Assembly: GCA_028709305.1 (NCBI GenBank)
Contig: JAQVXE010000002.1
Span: forward strand, 4,097 to 68,096
DNA length: 64,000 nucleotides
Source: Bacillota bacterium
Lineage (GTDB): Bacteria; Bacillota; DTU025
Direction of reading: 5' to 3'
Shown piece after piece: positions 27,636 to 35,031 of this stretch (position 1 is the stretch's first letter; each line of letters opens with the position of its first letter). Under the pieces are notes generated by a model. It was not told the origin of the DNA and searched no databases. It saw only the letters and a list, made by a program, of their open reading frames with translations. The position numbers and the translations under genes were made by a program.

Positions 27636-28475
27636 CTACGCTCTGATCGCCATCAGATTGCCTGATTCGTACCGGCGAAGCCCGGCGCGAAACAGGGCCT
27701 TCGCCACTATTGCACTGCAAGCGGCAAAGGCTATCAGCCCCGCAAAAAGCGTCCAGCTGAAATTACGTAGCAGCTCGACTGGGACATATGCAAAAAAGCC
27801 GACCGGTATTGCCGAATAGAGCAACGCCCGGACCGCGCCCTTAAACAATGATCCAGGATAACCGGAGAACGTCACCATAGCCTGGGCCAATTGGGCGCCG
27901 ACAGTCTGGGCGTTTCCCATCAAAAAAGCAAGGCTTCCTGCGACCGTTACGAAACTGGCGTACACCGTCGCCGCTGCAAGACTTGTAGCCAAGAAGAGAA
28001 TTACCCTCTGCCACGATGCGGGGGTAAACACCATGAAGGCCGCGATCCCGAAAGCCATGTCGCCAAAGCCCGATATGTCGGAACGGCTAACCAGCATGTG
28101 GAGTAACGGGTCTTTCGGCAATAGCAGGTAATAGTCGAGCTGCCCTCTGGCAATGAGTTGCGGAATACGATGCAAATTTCCGAATACTGAAACATTCAAT
28201 CCGAACGCCAGCGCTACAACTGACTGCATCGTGATAACATCACGAAATGTCCATCCCGCTATGTCAGGCACACGGCTGAAGATCAACCACCAGAAAAAGA
28301 GCAGCATAAAGTCGTTTACGGTCATGAGAGTAACCTGAGAGATAAAGCTCCACCTGTATTCCATAGCAGAAGCAAGGTTGAACTTGAAATGCGCGCAAAC
28401 AAAACTGACCGTTTCGCCCAGGGCAACCCTGTCCACTCCGGCCTTCCCTCGAGCCACCCTATCCCCCGTTGACAT
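27636..28475 (-). CDS. ABC-2 family transporter permease
   Basis: 279 aa, polytopic. It is the third gene of the three-gene ABC-2 operon. Confidence 0.65.
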   Translation of the reverse strand: MSTGDRVARGKAGVDRVALGETVSFVCAHFKFNLASAMEYRWSFISQVTLMTVNDFMLLFFWWLIFSRVPDIAGWTFRDVITMQSVVALAFGLNVSVFGNLHRIPQLIARGQLDYYLLLPKDPLLHMLVSRSDISGFGDMAFGIAAFMVFTPASWQRVILFLATSLAAATVYASFVTVAGSLAFLMGNAQTVGAQLAQAMVTFSGYPGSLFKGAVRALLYSAIPVGFFAYVPVELLRNFSWTLFAGLIAFAACSAIVAKALFRAGLRRYESGNLMAIRA

Positions 28476-29277
28476 TGATCCTCTTCACCCCCAAGCCATA
28501 GAGGCCGAAAGTCAGCCCCACCATGACAGCAATCCACCCCAACTGCGCCACAACAATACGCCAAAATAGTGCAGTATCGTACTGCACAAAAAGCCGCGCC
28601 GGCGCATAAAGCATGTACGAAAAAGGCAAAACCCGAGCCAGGCGCGCTATCGCGGCGGGATAGACCTCCATAGGCGCAAAGAGGCCTCCCAAAATGAACA
28701 ACAGCTTAGTGTATATCCATCGGAAAGGCATCGTGTCTTCCACCCAAAAGGCGGCAAGAGAAATGCACATGACCATGAAGAAACTAAGGGAAAAGGCCAG
28801 CACCGCGCTGACGGCCACCTGCGGCATGTGTGCCAGATCGAATCGGGGCGGTCCCACTGCAATCAGCGCTACCAGCGATCCCACCGCTACGTTAATGATC
28901 AGTCTGAGTAATGTATCTCCCCAATACACAGCAAACTTGAACAGCACATAATGGCAGGGCCTGCCTATCAAGTACGCGATTGAGCCAGTCTTCACTTCTT
29001 CATCCGCTTCCTGCTCGATTCGGGCTCTTCCAAGCATGATCCCTTCAGTTACAACCATGTACCAGACTAGCTCCCGAGCTCCCAGCCCCTCAATGGCAAA
29101 ATGCCCGCCTCCGGCCAGTGTCGTCCAAAGCTGCACAAATACAAAAAGAATCAAGACATAGAAAAAAGAGCCTGCAATTACATCCATGATGTAGGCTGCC
29201 CGGGAGCGAAAACTTATCCCCGCAATGCTCAAGTACTTAGCCACTCCCATCACTGGCCCCTCCAATACTTCCAGCAT
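28459..29277 (-). CDS. ABC-2 family transporter permease
   Basis: 272 aa, polytopic. It overlaps both neighbouring genes. Confidence 0.65.
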   Translation of the reverse strand: MLEVLEGPVMGVAKYLSIAGISFRSRAAYIMDVIAGSFFYVLILFVFVQLWTTLAGGGHFAIEGLGARELVWYMVVTEGIMLGRARIEQEADEEVKTGSIAYLIGRPCHYVLFKFAVYWGDTLLRLIINVAVGSLVALIAVGPPRFDLAHMPQVAVSAVLAFSLSFFMVMCISLAAFWVEDTMPFRWIYTKLLFILGGLFAPMEVYPAAIARLARVLPFSYMLYAPARLFVQYDTALFWRIVVAQLGWIAVMVGLTFGLYGLGVKRINVNGG

Positions 29278-30262
29278 CCCCTCGCAGGTATATCTCGGCT
29301 ATTACCTGCTCCGTGGGTGGGTCAGATATGGTGATGTCCTCTATGCGCGAATGCCTCATCAGTTCACCTAGCACCGCATCGATCGACGTAATCTCCGAAT
29401 CCACCGACATCTTCATGTTGGTCCTCTTATGCTTCAGAACTGTGACCCCATGCATATCAAGACGGCTGATCGGATCTGAAAGCCTTACCCGCACTATCTT
29501 GAACTTGAGATAGTCACGCTTGAGCGTGGAGACAGCCGTGTCCAGAATCAGCTGGCCATGGTTGATTATCATCACCCTGCGGCACAGTTCCTCCATGTCG
29601 CTCACATCATGCGAGGTAAGAAAGACCGTCACGCCTTCTTCCTGATTCATGGCGCGGATAAGCTCACGGATCCTCCTCTTCGCCACTACGTCAAGGCCAA
29701 TAGTGGGCTCATCCAGAAAGAGGACTTTGGGCCCGTGCAAAAGCGAGGCCGCGATCTCGCACCTCATGCGCTGCCCCAGAGAGAGCTTCCTGACTGGAGT
29801 GGACATTGTCTCACCCAGCTCAAACATGTCTGCGAGCATCGACATTCGCAAGCGACAGACACTTGGCGGAATTTCGTAGATTCTGGCTAGCAGGTCAAAG
29901 GTGTCGCGGGGCGGCAGATCATACCATAGCTGCGATCTTTGCCCGAAGACTGTTCCGATTTCCCTTGAGAGCAGCTGCCTGTCGCGCCAGGGAACTATAC
30001 CCAGAACAGCCGCCTTTCCGCTTGTGGGATGGAGTATCCCGGTCAGCATCTTTATTGTAGTCGACTTGCCTGCTCCATTTGGTCCAATGAATGCAACCGT
30101 CTCCCCCTCGTCCACTGAAAACGACACATCTCTAACCGCCTCAATCTCCTTGAAGCTTGGAGAGAAGATAGCCTCCAAGCTTCCCGCCATTCCGGGCCTC
30201 TTCTGCTTCACAGCAAACGTCTTCCCCAATCCCTGGACAGCGATTACCCCCACATCCCCCAC
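29237..30262 (-). CDS. ABC transporter ATP-binding protein, ABC-2/DrrA-like exporter type
   Basis: 341 aa with Walker A GPNGAGKSTT, the signature LSLGQRMR, and Walker B VLFLDEPT. It has a C-terminal extension. Confidence 0.8.
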   Translation of the reverse strand: MGDVGVIAVQGLGKTFAVKQKRPGMAGSLEAIFSPSFKEIEAVRDVSFSVDEGETVAFIGPNGAGKSTTIKMLTGILHPTSGKAAVLGIVPWRDRQLLSREIGTVFGQRSQLWYDLPPRDTFDLLARIYEIPPSVCRLRMSMLADMFELGETMSTPVRKLSLGQRMRCEIAASLLHGPKVLFLDEPTIGLDVVAKRRIRELIRAMNQEEGVTVFLTSHDVSDMEELCRRVMIINHGQLILDTAVSTLKRDYLKFKIVRVRLSDPISRLDMHGVTVLKHKRTNMKMSVDSEITSIDAVLGELMRHSRIEDITISDPPTEQVIAEIYLRGDAGSIGGASDGSG

Positions 30263-30355
30263 CTCCTAAAAGAGCATACTAATTTGAGCAGGCCTGAATA
30301 TCGATGGGCCAAGGCAGACTCCAACACAGGAAAAACATATAGGGAGGCAAACTCT

Positions 30356-30640
30356 TTGAAAAACCCAGACACCCGCCGCAGGGATGAACTGACACCCACA
30401 GGGGCAAACACCTCGCGCAGCTTCAAATGCGGCCAATGTGGCGTCATGTATTCCGCATCTGACGTTCTCGGATCTACGCAGCCAAGAGGAGGAAAGCGGA
30501 AGAAAGACGTTGCCGCCAGCAGGAGCCCAAAGCGTTCCCGCTCGGAAAGCCCCTCAGGATGCATGACCTGCCCCAGTTGTGGTTTTGAAAACTGCGTAGG
30601 CGATGCAACGATGATTGATGCATCTAACGAAGATTACTAG
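30356..30640 (+). CDS. small basic zinc-ribbon protein, hypothetical
   Basis: About 94 aa from the TTG at 30356, with AGGGAGG 8 nt upstream. Two CxxC pairs (KCGQCG and CPSCG) plus additional cysteines, with an Arg/Lys/Ser-rich linker. It is transcribed divergently from the ABC-2 operon. Confidence 0.45.
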   Translation: MKNPDTRRRDELTPTGANTSRSFKCGQCGVMYSASDVLGSTQPRGGKRKKDVAASRSPKRSRSESPSGCMTCPSCGFENCVGDATMIDASNEDY

Positions 30641-30657
30641 TTACTGCCATTTAGGGA

Positions 30658-30721
30658 GACGCCCGGGACTTTCTCAATCTCCCGGGCGTCACGTCTGCCA
30701 AACCCGGGGGGCTAACCCCCC
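30658..30721. terminator. two adjacent GC-rich stem-loops between convergent genes
   Basis: The first is GACGCCCGGGA-N11-TCCCGGGCGTC, an 11-bp perfect stem at 30658-30690. The second is GGGGGG-CTAA-CCCCCC at 30706-30721. Neither has a clear U tract, which is common in high-GC genomes. Confidence 0.5.
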
Positions 30722-30743
30722 TTCATGCAAACTGCGCTGCTCG

Positions 30744-31487
30744 CTACAGCCGTCCTCCCCGAACGGATATGGACTCCGCCTTCCAGCCGAAGACCCCGGT
30801 TATCAGCGGAATCCCGAAAGGCTTATACTCCAGCACCAGAGGGTTCTCGATGTTGTTCCATATCACCAGCTGTCCTTTGGCGCATTTGAATGCGGGAACA
30901 TAGACCCGTCTCCCATTGAGTTCAATGGGATACAGAATCTCTTCTTCCACGCGCAGGTCACCTGCGAAAACTCCAGTAATGCTGAAGGTTCCCATCTTGA
31001 AGTTGTACGCTACCTTCCCTGTACGAAGCTCGCGCAGAACTTCCCGGGATATCCAGGGTGCCGTCCAATTCGTCTCCTCAGGATCATTGCCTCCGTAGAG
31101 TGGGCCAAATGTCCGTCCGCGTTCAAGGCCTGTAATCCTTCGCGCCGTGGGAGTAGGTGTAGTTTCATCAGCCCGAGGCCACACCCAGCTAATTTCGACC
31201 TGCTTTGGGTACTGGGCCGACTGCACAGTCACTTGCCACTTCGAGCTCGTCGTAGCCTTGCCAATGAGCCTCTGGAATGACACGTGCATGCCTGCATGTA
31301 TCCGGTACTCCGTCTTCACAACCTCATAGTCACCAGGAACCTGGCTTACTGCTGACGCTCCTATCGACGGTGCTGCCTCGACTCGGGGCCCGTCACCGCC
31401 TCCGGCAAACAGCACACACATAACAGCCAAGCATAGCACAGCTAGCAAAGTCTTCGTCTTCAAACCCATCTCTCCTTGAGGAATCAT
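30744..31487 (-). CDS. secreted hypothetical protein
   Basis: 247 aa with a signal peptide (LKTKTLLAVLCLAVMCVLFAGG) and a mixed beta-rich composition. It lies downstream of the amidohydrolase. No domain recognised. Confidence 0.5.
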   Translation of the reverse strand: MIPQGEMGLKTKTLLAVLCLAVMCVLFAGGGDGPRVEAAPSIGASAVSQVPGDYEVVKTEYRIHAGMHVSFQRLIGKATTSSKWQVTVQSAQYPKQVEISWVWPRADETTPTPTARRITGLERGRTFGPLYGGNDPEETNWTAPWISREVLRELRTGKVAYNFKMGTFSITGVFAGDLRVEEEILYPIELNGRRVYVPAFKCAKGQLVIWNNIENPLVLEYKPFGIPLITGVFGWKAESISVRGGRL

Positions 31488-31558
31488 AGTTGCAGCCTGA
31501 CCAAAACAAACTCAGTCATTGGCCAAACGTATCTGGGGATGTGCACAAATGTGCGAGC

Positions 31559-33169
31559 CTATACCCCATCTCTGTAGACGAACTCTCCCCCCACCATGGT
31601 TCCAACTACACTCACATCGCAGATCTCGGTGGCAGGGACAGCGAATATGTCTGTCGACAATATGGCAATATCCGCATACGCTCCCGGAGCTAGAATCCCT
31701 GAGCCAGGCTTCCCGCCTGCAGCCATCGCAGGGCCTACAGAGTAAGCTCTCACAGCCTCTTCTACCGTAAGCTTCTCCTCAGGGTACCAGCCTGAGTCAG
31801 GAGTTCCATCCAACTGTCTTCTGGCAACAGCGCCGTAGATGCCTCGAATAGGATCTGGAGTCTCAACTGGCGCGTCGGAGCCAAAGGCAAGCGTCGTTCC
31901 GGCCTTTGTCAGGCTGCGGAAGGCATAAGCCCACCTGCTTCGCCTTCCCCAATACTTTTCGGCAACAGGAATATCCGAGAGTATGTGAACCGGCTGCATC
32001 GAGGCTACGACTCCCAGGTCTGCAAACCTGCGAACATCCTCCGGATGCAGGAGTTGTGCATGTTCTATCCTGTGGCGGAGACGGCGTACAGCACTTTCCT
32101 CTTTCACGCTCTCGAAAATATCGAGCACATCTCTGTTGGCGCGGTCGCCAATAGCGTGTATCGAGCAAGACAAGCCTGCCAGCACCGCCCTTCCTACCAG
32201 TTCAGCCAATTCCTCCTTGGGCGTTACGGCAATCCCGAGATTCTCCTTGTTGCCTTCGTAAGGCCTTAGCAGATAGGCCGTTTGAGAGCCAAGAGCGCCG
32301 TCGGCGAAAAGCTTCACCGGCCCGATCCTCAACCATTCATCCCCAAATCCAGTTCCGAGCCCGAGGTCGATCGCATCGTCCAGGTTCTCCTTTGGGATTG
32401 CCTGCGTGACACGGAGTTTCAAGCGGTCGGCGTTTCGCAAAGCCTGCAAGGCCTCGAATGCTGACGCATCTTCCATGTTGTGAATTCCTGCAATTCCAAA
32501 TTTATGAAGCTCTGCCTGGCCCTTTTCCATAGCCAAAGTCACTGCCTCGAATGTAGGTTCCGGAATCACGCGGCCCACCAGGTCAATAGCTGATTCTTTA
32601 AGGACTCCCGTCGCCTGTCTGGAACCTTCCTCCCTTGCTATCTCGCCCCCCTGGGGATCAGGAGTATCAAGGCCTATACCTCCAAGCCGCAATGACATTG
32701 TGTTCACCCAGAGGACGTGAAGATCTTTGCTGAAAAGCGCTACTGGATTCCTAGGGGCAACAGCATCCAGGTAAGAACGATTCGGCAGTTTCCCCTGTGG
32801 CCAGTCGTTCTTGTTCCATCCCCATCCCACCACCCACGTGCCTGGTTTGGCACCTTCTACAGCCTTACTAACGCGAAGAGCCGCGTCATGAGGATCGTGT
32901 GCACCCTCAAGATTGACCGAAGCCTGGCACATTGAATAGAACCTGAAATGTATATGAGAATCAATGAAAGCAGGAACCAAGGCCTTTCCTTGAAGGTCAA
33001 TCCTGTCAAAGGTGTCATCAGTCATGGAAGTAACATCTGATTTGGAGCCAACGGCAATAACACGCCTTCCCACACAGGCCAGAGCCTCACAGAACGGCTG
33101 GCGTGAATGAGCGGTGTACACTCTCCCTCCCGTGAACAAGTATCTCTTCAAGAAGCTCCCTCCCAGCAT
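31559..33169 (-). CDS. amidohydrolase-family (amidohydrolase 3, metal-dependent) hydrolase
   Basis: 536 aa with an N-terminal beta-sandwich, the metal-ligand motif FIDSHIHF, and a TIM-barrel with conserved His/Asp spacing. Confidence 0.7.
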   Translation of the reverse strand: MLGGSFLKRYLFTGGRVYTAHSRQPFCEALACVGRRVIAVGSKSDVTSMTDDTFDRIDLQGKALVPAFIDSHIHFRFYSMCQASVNLEGAHDPHDAALRVSKAVEGAKPGTWVVGWGWNKNDWPQGKLPNRSYLDAVAPRNPVALFSKDLHVLWVNTMSLRLGGIGLDTPDPQGGEIAREEGSRQATGVLKESAIDLVGRVIPEPTFEAVTLAMEKGQAELHKFGIAGIHNMEDASAFEALQALRNADRLKLRVTQAIPKENLDDAIDLGLGTGFGDEWLRIGPVKLFADGALGSQTAYLLRPYEGNKENLGIAVTPKEELAELVGRAVLAGLSCSIHAIGDRANRDVLDIFESVKEESAVRRLRHRIEHAQLLHPEDVRRFADLGVVASMQPVHILSDIPVAEKYWGRRSRWAYAFRSLTKAGTTLAFGSDAPVETPDPIRGIYGAVARRQLDGTPDSGWYPEEKLTVEEAVRAYSVGPAMAAGGKPGSGILAPGAYADIAILSTDIFAVPATEICDVSVVGTMVGGEFVYRDGV

Positions 33170-33340
33170 TCCTCGGGTGATTGACTATTTCATCAGTCTT
33201 TTCGCTTCTCCTGCCAAACGCGCTTGGAGAAGGAGTCAAAAGAGACGCTATAGAAGTAATAACTGTCATGGATCAACTACCCCGACGACCTCTACACCTG
33301 ACTTGAAATAGAGCGTCGCGGGCGAAAGGGTGATTGTTTC

Positions 33341-34192
33341 TTGTCCATCGACAGACTTCTCGTAGTGGGCGCAGGGCAAATGGGCTCTGGGATAGCACAG
33401 GTTGCGGCCCAAACCGGGCTGGAGGTTGCTCTAGCCGATGTATCAATGGATTACGCACAAAAGGGCGTAGATCGCATAGCCCGAAACCTCACCAGACAGG
33501 TGGAGAAGGGGCGAATGACGGAAGAGGACAAAACCCGGGCACTATCAAGAATCAAGTGCGCGCCTGATTACTCAGCAGGCAGCGACGTAGACCTGGTCAT
33601 CGAGGCAATTGTGGAAGATCCGAGCGTGAAGTCGAAGCTCTTTACAGAGCTGGCGTCCATATGCCCTCCTGAGGTCATATTCGCATCGAACACATCTTCA
33701 GTATCGATAACGGCCATGGCCCGTGATTCAGGGCGCCCCGAGCGTTTCATCGGCATGCATTTCATGAACCCCGTCCCTGTAATGAAGCTTGTGGAAGTCG
33801 TGCGTGGCCTGGCGACGTCGGATGAAACATGCAACACCATTGTTGACCTTGCAAAGAGAATGGGCAAAAAGCCTGTTGTAGTCGCCGATTCGCCTGCCTT
33901 CGTCGTAAACAGGCTGGCCATTCCAATGATAAACGAGGCCGTATTTGCACTCTCGGAAGGCGTGTCAACCGCCGAAGGAATAGACACCTGCGTGAAGCTG
34001 GGGCTTAATCATCCCATGGGTCCACTGGCACTGGCAGATCTGATCGGTCTAGACACTGTGCTTTCCATCTTGGAAGTGATGTTCACAGAGACCGGAGACC
34101 CCAAGTACAGGCCATGCCCACTCTTGCGAAGGATGGTAGCCGCAGGCAGACTCGGACGCAAATCTGGCCGCGGTTTCTATGAATACTCCTGA
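33341..34192 (+). CDS. hbd: 3-hydroxybutyryl-CoA / 3-hydroxyacyl-CoA dehydrogenase
   Basis: 283 aa with NAD Rossmann VVGAGQMGSGIAQV plus the 3HCDH C-terminal domain. It has a TTG start with AGGGTG upstream. Confidence 0.85.
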   Translation: MSIDRLLVVGAGQMGSGIAQVAAQTGLEVALADVSMDYAQKGVDRIARNLTRQVEKGRMTEEDKTRALSRIKCAPDYSAGSDVDLVIEAIVEDPSVKSKLFTELASICPPEVIFASNTSSVSITAMARDSGRPERFIGMHFMNPVPVMKLVEVVRGLATSDETCNTIVDLAKRMGKKPVVVADSPAFVVNRLAIPMINEAVFALSEGVSTAEGIDTCVKLGLNHPMGPLALADLIGLDTVLSILEVMFTETGDPKYRPCPLLRRMVAAGRLGRKSGRGFYEYS

Positions 34193-34222
34193 TTCAACTC
34201 TTCTGTTTGGAGGTAATAAGCC

Positions 34223-34987
34223 TTGAGCCAAGACTTTGTGAAGTTGAAATTTGACGATGGCATCGCCATAATCACAATATCCCGTCCGGCATCGCTCAAC
34301 GCCCTCAACAGCTCGGTCCTGGCTGAGCTCGACTCGGCAATCGCTGAAGTCAGAGAAAGTCCTGCCGCGCGTGCCCTGATCATCACTGGAGAGGGCAGCA
34401 AAGCCTTCGTGGCCGGGGCCGACATCGGAGAGATGGCAGACCTCACCCCTGACGAAGCTGTCGCCTTCTCCCGCCGCGGCCAGGCTGTTTTCAGCGCCAT
34501 AGAGCACCTGCCGATTCCCACGATAGCGGCTGTAAACGGGTACGCCCTCGGAGGAGGATGCGAGCTGGCGCTTGCATGCGACATACGGATCTCCTCAGAG
34601 AATGCCCGCTTCGGCCAGCCTGAGGTCGGCCTGGGGATCATACCTGGGTTTGGAGGCACTGTCCGCCTTCCGTTGGCAATCGGGCGTTCCCGCGCTGCCT
34701 ACATGATCCTCACAGGCAAGCTGGTTTCGGCCAAGGAAGCACATGAGATGGGCCTTGTGGCCGAGGTCGTGCCCTTGGAGTCCCTGCCCTCCAGAGCGGA
34801 GGAGCTGGCAAGGGAGCTAGGCGCGAAGAGCTATGTGGCTGTCGCGTATGCGAAACGCATGTTATTCCCGGATGACGAGGCGCTTGCACGCGAAGCCCGT
34901 CGATTCGGCCAATGTTTCGAATCCGGTCACCCAAAGGAGGGAATGTCTGCCTTCCTGGAACGCAGGCCTGCGAAGTTCTCGGACTGA
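34223..34987 (+). CDS. crt: enoyl-CoA hydratase (crotonase family)
   Basis: 254 aa with the crotonase-fold motifs AGADI, GYALGGGCELALACD and GxxE. Confidence 0.85.
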   Translation: MSQDFVKLKFDDGIAIITISRPASLNALNSSVLAELDSAIAEVRESPAARALIITGEGSKAFVAGADIGEMADLTPDEAVAFSRRGQAVFSAIEHLPIPTIAAVNGYALGGGCELALACDIRISSENARFGQPEVGLGIIPGFGGTVRLPLAIGRSRAAYMILTGKLVSAKEAHEMGLVAEVVPLESLPSRAEELARELGAKSYVAVAYAKRMLFPDDEALAREARRFGQCFESGHPKEGMSAFLERRPAKFSD

Positions 34988-35031
34988 AACAGACTTGCTC
35001 TGAAGAGTGGGCCTGCTGACCGCTAATCCGG

